Shown here piece after piece: positions 39,688-49,572 of a DNA stretch of 64,000 nucleotides. This stretch comes from Bdellovibrionales bacterium. GTDB lineage: Bacteria; Bdellovibrionota; Bdellovibrionia; Bdellovibrionales; JAGQZY01. The stretch spans positions 64,001-128,000 of the forward strand of contig CAXRHT010000002.1 in assembly GCA_964230645.1 (NCBI GenBank), given 5' to 3'. Position numbers and translations under genes: made by a program. The notes under the pieces were generated by a model. That model was not told where the DNA came from. It saw only the letters and a program-made list of their open reading frames with translations, and ran no database searches. How positions within the stretch are numbered: the first letter of the stretch is position 1; every line of letters begins with the position of its first letter.

Positions 39688-41214
39688 ATGGATGGTGGAG
39701 TTATAATTTTAGACTTTGGGTCGCAAGTGACCCAGTTGATCGCAAGACGTTTGCGTGAATTTGATGTGTATTCTGAGTTACACCCTTTTAATTTCCCTAT
39801 CGAGGAGATTAAAAAAAGAAAACCGAAAGCCATTATTCTTAGTGGTGGACCCTTGTCGGTCAACGATGACACCTCGCCTAAGCGTGAGATCAGTGAGCTC
39901 TTAGAAATTGCTCCCGTTATGGGGATCTGTTTTGGAATGCAGCTAATGGCCATGCAGTACGGGGGAATTGTCGAGAAGGCCAAGGTTCGTGAGTACGGAA
40001 AGAAAACGGTGCATTGGCGCGAGCCCCTAAAAGGCTTACCCGATGATCAAACCGTGTGGATGAGTCACGGTGATGTGGTTCATGTTCCGCCTCCGGGGTT
40101 TCGAGTTCTGGCTCAATCGGATGAAGGGCATCCGGCGGCCATTCAAAAAGAGGATCTTTTCGCTGTGCAGTTTCATCCCGAGGTGAGTCACACCGAAAGT
40201 GGTGGCGAAATTCTTAAATATTTTATTTTTGATGTGGCGGGTGCTAAGCCCAACTGGAAAGCTGAGAACATTGTTGAAGATTTAAAAAATCGCATTCAAG
40301 AGACGGTACCTGATGATGAGCATGTGATCGTTGGTTTAAGTGGTGGTGTCGATTCAACAGTCGCCGCCAGACTTGTTACCAAAGCCCTCGGACATGAAAG
40401 AGTGCATTGTTATTTTATTAATAATGGTCTTTTGAGAATGGGCGAGTACGAAGAAGTGTTAGAGCGCTATAAAAAACTAGGATTGAATGTTTCTGGAGTG
40501 GACGCAGAGAAAGTCTTTTTGCAAGCTCTTGAAGGTATTGCCGACCCTGAACAGAAGCGTAAAAAAATAGGTCATGCTTTTATTGACGTCTTTGATCACT
40601 GTGTAAAAAAGATGGACCCAAAACCTAAATGGTTGGTGCAGGGAACGCTTTATCCTGATGTGATCGAGAGTGTCTCTACAAGAGGAGAGTCAGTGACCAT
40701 TAAAACCCACCACAATGTGGGGGGCTTACCAGAAAAAATGGATTTAAAACTTTTGGAACCTTTAAGAGAGCTTTTTAAAGACGAGGTTCGCCTTATTGGT
40801 AAAGAGCTTGATATTCCAGCCGACTCTTTAGGGAGGCACCCTTTCCCAGGCCCAGGGCTGGCGATTCGAGTACTAGGAGAGGTGAGTAAAGAAAAGCTTG
40901 AGACCCTTCGTGAGGCTGACAATATTTATATCTCAGAACTCAAAAAACAAGGGCTTTACGACAAGATTTGGCAGGCTTTTAGCGTGTTGCTCCCTGTCAA
41001 TACCGTGGGTGTGCAAGGTGACGCTAGAACTTACGCCAATGTATTAGCTTTGCGGGCCGTTACTTCAGAGGACGCCATGACAGCTGATTGGTTTCAGTTC
41101 AGCCATGAGTTTCTCCAAAGAGTGTCCTCTCGTATTACCAACGAAGTCGAAGGTGTGAACCGAGTGGTTTACGATGTGACGAGTAAACCTCCAGGAACCA
41201 TTGAGTGGGAGTAG
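39688..41214 (+). CDS. guaA: GMP synthase (glutamine-hydrolysing)
   Basis: LDFGSQ, GICFGMQ, QFHPEV, SGGVDS, IKTHHNVGG, KPPGTIEWE. Confidence 0.98.
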   Translation: MDGGVIILDFGSQVTQLIARRLREFDVYSELHPFNFPIEEIKKRKPKAIILSGGPLSVNDDTSPKREISELLEIAPVMGICFGMQLMAMQYGGIVEKAKVREYGKKTVHWREPLKGLPDDQTVWMSHGDVVHVPPPGFRVLAQSDEGHPAAIQKEDLFAVQFHPEVSHTESGGEILKYFIFDVAGAKPNWKAENIVEDLKNRIQETVPDDEHVIVGLSGGVDSTVAARLVTKALGHERVHCYFINNGLLRMGEYEEVLERYKKLGLNVSGVDAEKVFLQALEGIADPEQKRKKIGHAFIDVFDHCVKKMDPKPKWLVQGTLYPDVIESVSTRGESVTIKTHHNVGGLPEKMDLKLLEPLRELFKDEVRLIGKELDIPADSLGRHPFPGPGLAIRVLGEVSKEKLETLREADNIYISELKKQGLYDKIWQAFSVLLPVNTVGVQGDARTYANVLALRAVTSEDAMTADWFQFSHEFLQRVSSRITNEVEGVNRVVYDVTSKPPGTIEWE

Positions 41215-41346
41215 AGTTTTGTGGGGAAGGCCTGTTTTCCGGGCCTTTAGATTTTTTTGGTGTCTATCGCTTAGTAAATTAGCATTTCAGTCAGGCAGAG
41301 TTGTGAGTTTTTATAAGTTAAAGTATAACTTTAGGGGCTGTCTCAT

Positions 41347-41496
41347 GTCGTCTTTAGCGAAGCGAAAGACCTTAGATCCTTCGCTACGCTCAGGAAGACA
41401 TATGTGCGTTGAGGAAGACGATTCGGTCGTCTTGAGCGAAGCGAAAGATCTTAGATCCTTCGCTACGCTCAGGATGACAATTCTGTTCAGGATGGC
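41347..41496. repeat. REP-like locus 4: two inverted REP dimers with 1-bp spacers
   Basis: 41347-41372/41374-41399 and 41426-41451/41453-41478, each followed by a degenerate terminal echo. Confidence 0.9.
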
Positions 41497-41532
41497 AGCG
41501 AACTTTTGCTATAAACATCGGGTGGGGATTTT

Positions 41533-44500
41533 TTGAGTAAGCCATTTGTTCATTTGCATTTACACAGTCAGTATTCTTTGCTTGAGGCTAGTTGTCGAGC
41601 TGGACAGGTTCTCGATAAAGCTAAGTCCTTTGATCAATCCGCTGTGGCTTTAACAGACAGTGGAAACATGTTCGGAGCCGTTGAGTTTTATCTCACCGCT
41701 CAGAAAAAACAGGTAAAGCCCATATTAGGCCTTGATGCCTACATTGCGCCTGAAGACCGATTCACTAAAAACGAAAAAAGAGATGTTAATTACCAACCCA
41801 ATACGCGCTTGGTTTTATTGGCTCAAAACTACAAGGGTTATCAGAATCTTTGTCAAATGAGCTCGATTGGTTACCAAGAAGGTTTTTACTATAAGCCTCG
41901 AATTGATTGGGACGTTTTAAAGGATTTAAACTCTGATGTGATTGCTCTGACGGGAGGGCTTTCCGGAGACATTGTTTCTCACCTTAGACGTCACGGTATG
42001 AAAGAGGCCAAAGAGAGACTCCAGCGCCTTAAAGATATATTTGGTGACAGACTTTACTTGGAGCTTAACCGCACAGGGATCAAGGAGTGGGAAGAGGTCG
42101 AGCCCCTCATGTTTGAGCTCTCTCAAAAAGAGTCTGTCCCAATGGTGGCCACCAATGATGTCTACTATCTCAATAAAGAAGACCAACTCGCTCAAGAGGT
42201 TCTCATCTGTATTGGAAGTAACAAAACTCTTCATGATGAGTCGCGCTGGCGTCTAGGAAGTGAAGAGTTTTACTTTAAATCTTCGGATCAAATGTATGAT
42301 CTTTTTAAGGATTGTCCGGAGCTCTGTGAGAGAACCCAAGAGGTGGCTGATCGCTGCAATATGGAGTTTCGCTTAGAAGACGATACCGGTAAAACCATTT
42401 ACCACCTTCCAAGTTTTCCCACTAAAGACAACTTAAGTTTAACCGATGAACTTAAACGTCTCACCAAAGAAGGTCTTTTAGAGCGTTTTGATGAGGCCAA
42501 GGATCGCGGTGAGGAAGTTTTAGAGAGTGAACATCCGAAGTACTACGAGCGTTTGGACTATGAGATCTCGGTCATCGATTCCATGGGCTTTATTGGTTAC
42601 TTTTTGATCGTACAAGACTTTATCAATTGGGCCAAAGAGCATGATATTCCCGTAGGCCCTGGACGGGGTTCAGGGGCAGGGTCCCTGGTGGCCTATTGTC
42701 TGCGAATCACTGATTTGGACCCTGTTCGTTACTCTTTGATTTTCGAGCGTTTCTTGAATCCTGAGCGTGTGAGTATGCCGGATTTTGATATCGACTTCTG
42801 TCAGGAAAAACGCGGACGAGTGATCGAGTATGTGACTGAAAAATACGGACACGAAAGTGTTTCCCAGATTATCACTTACGGAAAGTTGCAGGCCAGAGCC
42901 GCTCTAAGAGATGTGGGACGTGTTTTGGGGATGAGCTACTCTGAAGTAGACACCATCGCAAAACTCATTCCTGATAAGCTTGGGATCACCCTGAGCGAGG
43001 CCCTTGAAATGGAGCCTCGGATTAAAGAGCAAATGGAGCTCAACCCACAAGTGCATAATATGATCGAGATTGCTCTAAAAGTGGAGGGGCTTGTTAGGCA
43101 CGCAGGGATTCACGCTGCCGGTGTGATTATTGCCGATGGAAAACTTGTCGATCATGCGCCTCTTTATAAGGGTGTGGACGGAGAGAATGTCGTTCAGTAC
43201 GACATGAAGCACGCCGAGAAAATTGGACTGATCAAGTTCGACTTTCTTGGTCTTAAAACACTCACGCACATTAAATACGCTCTTGATTTGATCGAACAAA
43301 ACCGTGGCAAAAAAATTGAAGCCCACGAGATTTCAATCAACGATGAAAAAATTTATTCTTTGATGTCCGCCGGAGATTCCGCAGGGGTCTTCCAGTTTGA
43401 AGGTGATGGAATTACGGATGCGTTAAAAAAGATCAAGCCCACTTGCTTTGAAGACATCATGGCCATAAACGCTCTCTATCGACCGGGTCCCATGGATATG
43501 ATCCCAGAGTACACCCGAAGGAAGCACGGAGAATCAAAGGTTGAGTATATCTTCCCAGAGCTTGAAGAGATTCTAAAAGAAACCCACGGGGTTATTATTT
43601 ATCAGGAGCAGGTGCAGCTAATTGCCTCAAAAATTGCCTCCTACTCTCTCGGGGAAGCCGATCTTCTTCGTCGCGCTATGGGTAAAAAAATCGCCGAAGA
43701 GATGGCAAAGCAACAAAAGCGTTTTGTTAAAGGGGCCGTGGACAACGGTCACGACAAAGAAAAGTCAGAAGAGCTCTTTAACTTAATGGCAAAATTTGCG
43801 GAGTACGGGTTTAACAAGTCCCACTCCGCGGCTTACTGTGTGATTGCCGCGCAAACAGCATGGCTTAAAGCTTATTATCCTATAGAATTCTACGCCGCCC
43901 TTCTCTCCACTGAGATGAGTGATACCGATAAGATTGTAAAGTACATTAAGCTTTGTCGCAGACGAGGCATTGATGTCGAGCCTCCTCATATCAATCACTC
44001 CGATTATAAATTTACCGTTCGGGGGGAAACTCTTTATTACAGTTTAGCGGCAATTAAGGGTGTGGGGCAGTCAGCAGTAGAGGCCATCTTAGAAGCCAGG
44101 GCCGGAATTCCAGAGAAAAAATTTGAGTCCATTGATCACTTTTTTGAAGTGGTGGATTTAAGACGAGTGAACAAAAAGGTGATCGAGTGTCTCATAAAGG
44201 CTGGAGCCTTTGATAATTTCGGTTACCATCGCTCCCAACTTCTTGCTGGCTACGAAAAGTTCGTGGACGCCGCTGAAACCAAAAGACAAGACAGAGAAGT
44301 GGGACAGGTTTCCCTCTTCTCGGTGTCATCAGAAGAAGAGCAGGCTCAAGAAAAAGTGGTTCTTCCCGATGACGAAGCCTGGGGTCGGATGACAAGGCTC
44401 AGTTATGAAAAAGAAGTGCTTGGCTTTTTTCTGAGTGATCACCCTTTAAATGGTTACGAGGGAATTTGTGCGGCCTGGGCTAATACAACGATCAACGAAA

Positions 44501-45018
44501 TTGATAAACTGGCTAATAAATCCAGAGTCACTCTGGTCGGAATGGTCACTCAAAACCGAGAGATCATTACCAAAAAGGGAACCCGCATGGCCTTTGTGCA
44601 GTTTGAAGATCTCACAGCTCCTATGGAGGTGATTGTTTTCCCAAACACTTTTGCCGATTATGAAGAGGTCTTAAAGCAAGAAGTGCCGCTGGTGATCTCC
44701 GGTGTTTTGGAGAAAAAAGATGAGAATCCAAAGATCATTGCTGACAAAATAACCACTTTGGCTGACAGTATCAATCGAGCCAAGTCAGTGATCTTTCGGG
44801 TCGACTCCAAAATGGAAGAGAATTTAAGCAAATTACGCACTCGTATAGACGAAAATCCAGGGGAAACTCGGGTGAAAATCGAATTGAATTTGGAGTCCAT
44901 TAAAAAGAAAGTGATGTACGATATTAGAGACCCCAAAGGCATTCATCTCACCAATGACTTTTTAGAAGGCTTACAGAAGGATTTCGGTGGTGTGGATTTT
45001 ATCGACATTTCACAATAG
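41533..45018 (+). CDS. dnaE: DNA polymerase III alpha subunit
   Basis: PHP domain FVHLHLHSQYSLL, GPGRGSGAGS, MPDFDIDF, YGFNKSHS, OB fold; uninterrupted, no intein seen. Confidence 0.98.
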   Translation: MSKPFVHLHLHSQYSLLEASCRAGQVLDKAKSFDQSAVALTDSGNMFGAVEFYLTAQKKQVKPILGLDAYIAPEDRFTKNEKRDVNYQPNTRLVLLAQNYKGYQNLCQMSSIGYQEGFYYKPRIDWDVLKDLNSDVIALTGGLSGDIVSHLRRHGMKEAKERLQRLKDIFGDRLYLELNRTGIKEWEEVEPLMFELSQKESVPMVATNDVYYLNKEDQLAQEVLICIGSNKTLHDESRWRLGSEEFYFKSSDQMYDLFKDCPELCERTQEVADRCNMEFRLEDDTGKTIYHLPSFPTKDNLSLTDELKRLTKEGLLERFDEAKDRGEEVLESEHPKYYERLDYEISVIDSMGFIGYFLIVQDFINWAKEHDIPVGPGRGSGAGSLVAYCLRITDLDPVRYSLIFERFLNPERVSMPDFDIDFCQEKRGRVIEYVTEKYGHESVSQIITYGKLQARAALRDVGRVLGMSYSEVDTIAKLIPDKLGITLSEALEMEPRIKEQMELNPQVHNMIEIALKVEGLVRHAGIHAAGVIIADGKLVDHAPLYKGVDGENVVQYDMKHAEKIGLIKFDFLGLKTLTHIKYALDLIEQNRGKKIEAHEISINDEKIYSLMSAGDSAGVFQFEGDGITDALKKIKPTCFEDIMAINALYRPGPMDMIPEYTRRKHGESKVEYIFPELEEILKETHGVIIYQEQVQLIASKIASYSLGEADLLRRAMGKKIAEEMAKQQKRFVKGAVDNGHDKEKSEELFNLMAKFAEYGFNKSHSAAYCVIAAQTAWLKAYYPIEFYAALLSTEMSDTDKIVKYIKLCRRRGIDVEPPHINHSDYKFTVRGETLYYSLAAIKGVGQSAVEAILEARAGIPEKKFESIDHFFEVVDLRRVNKKVIECLIKAGAFDNFGYHRSQLLAGYEKFVDAAETKRQDREVGQVSLFSVSSEEEQAQEKVVLPDDEAWGRMTRLSYEKEVLGFFLSDHPLNGYEGICAAWANTTINEIDKLANKSRVTLVGMVTQNREIITKKGTRMAFVQFEDLTAPMEVIVFPNTFADYEEVLKQEVPLVISGVLEKKDENPKIIADKITTLADSINRAKSVIFRVDSKMEENLSKLRTRIDENPGETRVKIELNLESIKKKVMYDIRDPKGIHLTNDFLEGLQKDFGGVDFIDISQ

Positions 45019-45128
45019 GGAAGCGTGCTGTTAGATTTTAACAGCCCATTAACACCTTTAAATTGTCCTAATATACAGGTACTATCAATGAGCATAATAA
45101 ATACCGGCCACTATGATGGGGAGGGGTT

Positions 45129-46295
45129 ATGAGAGTGCTTTTAAGCTTAATGATCGTGAGTCTTTTTTCCTGGCCAGCTATGGCCAAATATCAGGTGGTT
45201 GTTTCAAGCCAAGTGGTTGAAGAAGAGGATGAAAGAAAAGCACGCAGGGAGGCCATTGATCAGGCCACCGATCAAGTCACAATCGATATTGTAAAAAAGC
45301 AAATTGGAGCGGATCGATTTGCTGAAAACAAAAAGAAAATCGACGATGAAGTGAAGGCCCTTAAAAACCGTTTTATTCCCTTTTTTAAAATTATCTCAAG
45401 TGAGAAAAAGGGCAAAGAGTACCATTTTAAAATTGAAGTGAAGGTTTCCACCGCGGATCTCCGTCAGGTTTTGCAGCAAAAGGGGCTCTTCGCTAGTTCT
45501 CAAAAAACAGGAATCACTCTTCCATTCATAGAATTCAATAACAATATCACAGGAGAATCCTACCGCTGGTGGTCTCCTGTTTTTAATGTTTCCAATGAGC
45601 TTCAAACCATGTCTTTAAAGTTTGAAGAGGAGCTTTTCCAAGGTTTTATAAGTAAGGGTCTTTTCTTATTAAGGCCTCAGGCCTTTGATATGATCCACCT
45701 TGTGCCCCATTTTATGAGGAAAACTTATCTGACTCAGACCGAGAAAGTACAATTGACTAACTTGAAAAAGGGTCAGCTTTTTATTGATGGAAGAGTGGAT
45801 CTTATTGCCTCACCCTTAAGAGAAAACGCCTACAGAATACGGGTGCAATTAAGTTGTAAGCAGTCGTCCAATGGAAAAAGTGTCGCCGAGGTTGTCAGAA
45901 CTTTTGATACGGCCTCGGGTAAGCAACTCGCTCAACTGTTCGGAAAGGTAAAAGATCTGGCTGTGGAATCTGGTGAAGAGCTTGCAGAGCAAGTCTATGA
46001 CCTTTGGCAACGAGGGGGCCTTGAAACTCAAACCTTGCAACTGGCGGTCACTGGGCAACTTAACCATCACCAGCTTATTGCCTTTAAAAAAGCTCTGAGT
46101 GAAAAGATGGGACTCTCTGAGGGGCTAACCGAAAGGCTTTTTGAGCCAGGACGAGTGACTTTTGAACTTAACTACAGCGGTGGGGCTGAAAACTTGAGTC
46201 AAAAATTGGGTCGAATGAAGCTTGATGGCTTCATCTCCCAAGTGGTTTCAAGCCAAGCCGATCAAATCACTCTCGATGTTAAATCGACGAAGTAG
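45129..46295 (+). CDS. exported hypothetical protein (N-terminus reminiscent of FlgT_N/DUF2066-type domains)
   Basis: Signal peptide (AMA-K); KARREAIDQA motif; RBS GAGGGG. Confidence 0.65.
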   Translation: MRVLLSLMIVSLFSWPAMAKYQVVVSSQVVEEEDERKARREAIDQATDQVTIDIVKKQIGADRFAENKKKIDDEVKALKNRFIPFFKIISSEKKGKEYHFKIEVKVSTADLRQVLQQKGLFASSQKTGITLPFIEFNNNITGESYRWWSPVFNVSNELQTMSLKFEEELFQGFISKGLFLLRPQAFDMIHLVPHFMRKTYLTQTEKVQLTNLKKGQLFIDGRVDLIASPLRENAYRIRVQLSCKQSSNGKSVAEVVRTFDTASGKQLAQLFGKVKDLAVESGEELAEQVYDLWQRGGLETQTLQLAVTGQLNHHQLIAFKKALSEKMGLSEGLTERLFEPGRVTFELNYSGGAENLSQKLGRMKLDGFISQVVSSQADQITLDVKSTK

Positions 46296-46316
46296 GAAGT
46301 CATCTAGTAACTCTAG

Positions 46317-46826
46317 GTGGCAACTTTTATGCCTTCACCTCGTCGCCGCATCCTATTTTCTATCTTCCAGCTGATTTTTTGGTTCATTGTATTTTTGCAA
46401 GTCCCAATACATGGAGAAATGTATCCCTTCTCCTTTTTTGGAATGTACAAAGGGTCTAAGTTGGGGATTTCTTATCAGGCCTTTACTTGGCGCATTTTTC
46501 GCGATGAAAAGGAAATTTGTGTTGGGAAGAATTCACAGAATTACCAAATCGAAAATCTTCTGAGAGAAATTTTACTTAAAGAAGTGAAAGACAAAAATCG
46601 ATTTGTCCTCAAAAAAGGAAAATCCATAAATAAGGTTTCGCGATTAGAGGTCAAAGCAATAGAAAAGCAGGTCGTGCCAGTAATCCTATCGCGATGTAAT
46701 ATTGAGCCTGGCAGTAGAATACAAGTAAGAATTACTCATCGAGCATGGAAGAAATTAACCCAGGCATCGATAGTGAAGGCTGACCGAGAGTTGGTGGTCT
46801 ACAAGGGCGAGCATGTCGGGAACTAA
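46317..46826 (+). CDS. membrane-anchored partner of an HTTM protein
   Basis: TM followed by EMYPFSFFGMY motif; overlaps the downstream HTTM gene. Confidence 0.6.
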   Translation: MATFMPSPRRRILFSIFQLIFWFIVFLQVPIHGEMYPFSFFGMYKGSKLGISYQAFTWRIFRDEKEICVGKNSQNYQIENLLREILLKEVKDKNRFVLKKGKSINKVSRLEVKAIEKQVVPVILSRCNIEPGSRIQVRITHRAWKKLTQASIVKADRELVVYKGEHVGN

Positions 46827-47688
46827 TTTTGTTTTCAATAAGTGGAACTCCTTTTGGTTTGCGAAAAGAAATCCACAGCCCCTATCTATCTACCGAGTAT
46901 TGATTTTTTCTGGATTGCTAGTTGTTTATTGGTTTTTTTGGGATCGACATGAGAGCTTTTTTAATTGTGAACTCTATCAGACTGTTGGAGTGTACAGTCT
47001 TTTCGGGATTCCGTGTTCTAGTTATCTGTTTAAAATAGCTTACTGGGCTGGAATTTTAACGGCCTTTTTAGCGCTATTAGGACTGGGGTATAAATGGACC
47101 GGGAAATTAGCCTCACTATTCGCGCTATTTGTCTCAGGTTACATTTATAACTTTCACGAAGTTTATCATAGCTACCACATGTTTATAATCGTAGTCCTTA
47201 TTGTTGGGTTCAGCCGAGCAGGGGGATCCCTATCATTTGATGCTTGGCTTCAAAAGAATTCAATGGAGGACTCATGGGAATTCCATTGGCCTCTCCAGAT
47301 GGTTAGACTTTATGTGGTCTACGTCTATTGGATTGTTGGGATTGAAAAACTTTATTATGGCGGCTTCGAATGGGCCTTTTCCGAGAACCTTCAGATGATT
47401 GTTTTTGTAAACCCTCAAAAAGGTCTCCTAGCTCCTTGGTTTCTTTCTTTATCTAAATACTCAGTTATACTGATTGCTAGTTGGTCTTTATTTGTCGCGG
47501 AATTTCTTAGCCCCATCGCACTCTTTGGAAAAAAGGCTGGCTACTTTATGTGGTTTAATTGGCTCATATTTCATATTGGAGTGAGTCTAACTCTCGGGGG
47601 GCACCTCGGCTTTTTCTCTCAAGTCCTCTGTGCTTGTGTCTTCCTCTTGCCCCTGATGCCAGGAGAACAATCTAGAAATACCAATTGA
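46813..47688 (+). CDS. HTTM-domain membrane protein (gamma-glutamyl carboxylase/SdpB-like)
   Basis: WNSFWF..PLSIYR, LSFDAW, WPLQMVRLYVVYVYWIVGIEKL, AEF..P, FHIG. Confidence 0.75.
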   Translation: MSGTNFVFNKWNSFWFAKRNPQPLSIYRVLIFSGLLVVYWFFWDRHESFFNCELYQTVGVYSLFGIPCSSYLFKIAYWAGILTAFLALLGLGYKWTGKLASLFALFVSGYIYNFHEVYHSYHMFIIVVLIVGFSRAGGSLSFDAWLQKNSMEDSWEFHWPLQMVRLYVVYVYWIVGIEKLYYGGFEWAFSENLQMIVFVNPQKGLLAPWFLSLSKYSVILIASWSLFVAEFLSPIALFGKKAGYFMWFNWLIFHIGVSLTLGGHLGFFSQVLCACVFLLPLMPGEQSRNTN

Positions 47689-47736
47689 TCGTGGGTCTCA
47701 ATTTTTTAGTTTGATTTTTTGACTTGAACTACGCCC

Positions 47737-48744
47737 TCAATTTCCGTTCAGGACTGAGGTGAGGAAGTTAGCTCTTTCCTGGGCGAGATCCACATTATTG
47801 CGGGCCCATTCCCCAGCGTGAACGACAACATCAACACCTCGTCTGTTCGCCTGGTAGGCGATGGCTTCCGCGTTTCTTCTATGGTGATAAAGACGGGATT
47901 TAGTAAAAGTGAGTTCATCATCTTGTTTCACATTCTCCACATAAATCGGTGGATCATTGCTATCAATTTGCCTGAGAAGCCCCAGTTTTTCATCCATATC
48001 ATCGGCTCTATGGTCGAACATTTCGTGAGAATTATTCACCCCATACACTTTTTTGAGATGCCATAAGACGCTACGGGTTTTAGAAGAGTGGCGAAGCGCT
48101 TGTTCAAGAGATCGATTGAGATCGTCGAGGTCTTGTTCAAAAACAAGCTCTAATTCCGGAATGCTGTAAGTGGCCTGCGCTTCAAAAAGCATGAGTCCCA
48201 CTATATTATGGGAGTAGGTGTTGTTATACCCAATGGAGCTTGCAATGCCAGCTCCGGCCGAGTTACCGGCCAGAATAATTTTACTGGTATCAATCTGTCG
48301 CCATTGCGCGCGGTAGCGTAAGAAACGAAAGGCTTTGTCGCCATCGTCAAAAGCGCGAGTGGCACCGCGACCATCCTCACTGACAAGGAAACTGTAGTTT
48401 ACACTGGCTACAGCAATTTTATTGCTGAGTAAGTCTTTAATTTCATTTTTATATTTAGAGAATATATTGCATTTATCTCCCTTTTCAAAACCTCCACCGT
48501 GGAAAAAAATCACCAATGGAGTGCGCGAGGGATTTTTGTCATGATAAAAAAGGTCTAACTTTTGACGATGACGATCAGGATTAGAGTTGTCGTAGGCGTA
48601 ATCCAGGTTGTGGTTGTATTTATAGAGAAATTTTTTATAATTTTTATCGATCTTATTGCGACAGCTCCAGTTTTTTTCGTTAGACATGGCAAAAGTTGAA
48701 ATAGGTGAAAATAATATTAGTATTAAGAGTAATCTTGTCGCCAT
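47737..48744 (-). CDS. exported HSL-family alpha/beta hydrolase (esterase)
   Basis: QKLDLF, HGGGF oxyanion motif, AGNSAGA nucleophile motif, signal peptide. Confidence 0.88.
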   Translation of the reverse strand: MATRLLLILILFSPISTFAMSNEKNWSCRNKIDKNYKKFLYKYNHNLDYAYDNSNPDRHRQKLDLFYHDKNPSRTPLVIFFHGGGFEKGDKCNIFSKYKNEIKDLLSNKIAVASVNYSFLVSEDGRGATRAFDDGDKAFRFLRYRAQWRQIDTSKIILAGNSAGAGIASSIGYNNTYSHNIVGLMLFEAQATYSIPELELVFEQDLDDLNRSLEQALRHSSKTRSVLWHLKKVYGVNNSHEMFDHRADDMDEKLGLLRQIDSNDPPIYVENVKQDDELTFTKSRLYHHRRNAEAIAYQANRRGVDVVVHAGEWARNNVDLAQERANFLTSVLNGN

Positions 48745-48887
48745 AATGCCCCCTCTGATCTTTTTTTATAGAAACTAGGATAGTCATTTTTTTGTGGACT
48801 TTCTATCTTTGTAAGAGTGAATCTCAAGTTAAGACATTTTTTCTCTAAATCTGTCGATGCTTTTCTCGAAATTAGAAATAAGTTTAA

Positions 48888-49427
48888 TTAGGGGTCTATG
48901 GAAGCTTTGGTGAAAATACAAGGGGGGCGATCAGGGTATCCGCATCCGGCGGGACTCTCTGAGGTGAAGCCTGCGGCTAAAAAATTGTTCTTATAAAGGC
49001 TCAGGATATTATTAAAATACTGATGGGTTTCAGAGCTTGCATGATTATAGACATCAAATTGCACGGGACTTGATCCAATAAGGGGATAAGTGCCGCACTT
49101 TATTTCAATATCCACTCTATTATAGTGCTCCGGATTATTGCGCCAGAGTGGGTGGCGGGGAGGGCGAAAGTTGTTGTTCTCCCTTCGCCACTGGTTGATA
49201 AAAGAAATATCAAGATTAAGTTCACAGCGTTCACTTCGATCCAATAGACCTTGAGCCGCCTCCCCGTAATAGGGCCAGTTTTCATGAATTTGACCCCAGC
49301 GGGCCTGAGGTGCCCCAGTGGCAATCTCGGAGGGACTGACCCATTGCTGGGAATCCCCTTGAGTGCTTTCCGCCATAAGTTGATTGGCACTCACGCATAA
49401 AATTAGAAATAGAAAAGTTTGTCTCAT
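48888..49427 (-). CDS. exported Cys-containing hypothetical protein
   Basis: Signal peptide from MRQTFLF; AAAGGA RBS; four Cys in the mature part. Confidence 0.6.
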   Translation of the reverse strand: MRQTFLFLILCVSANQLMAESTQGDSQQWVSPSEIATGAPQARWGQIHENWPYYGEAAQGLLDRSERCELNLDISFINQWRRENNNFRPPRHPLWRNNPEHYNRVDIEIKCGTYPLIGSSPVQFDVYNHASSETHQYFNNILSLYKNNFLAAGFTSESPAGCGYPDRPPCIFTKASIDP

Positions 49428-49572
49428 TAACAAATGTCCTTTTTCCAATCTTAAACCTAAGCCACTCCAAATATAAAAAATCCCTTCGTTTTGTTTCACA
49501 TCGAGACACCTAGATCCGAAAAATTGAGGAATTTATCAAGTTCCCTATAATGGAACAAGATATGGGGGGAAT

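Noticed and set aside
41201..41536. 111-aa ORF between guaA and dnaE
   Set aside because: Reads through REP locus 4 (VVLSEAKDL is a typical REP translation artefact).
41533..45018. Intein or split in dnaE
   Set aside because: Length (1161 aa) and motif order are those of an uninterrupted DnaE.
760..47688. VKOR plus HTTM/gamma-carboxylase-like genes as a bacterial vitamin K carboxylation cycle
   Set aside because: The genes are 45 kb apart, and the DsbA fusion explains VKOR as a disulfide-formation enzyme.
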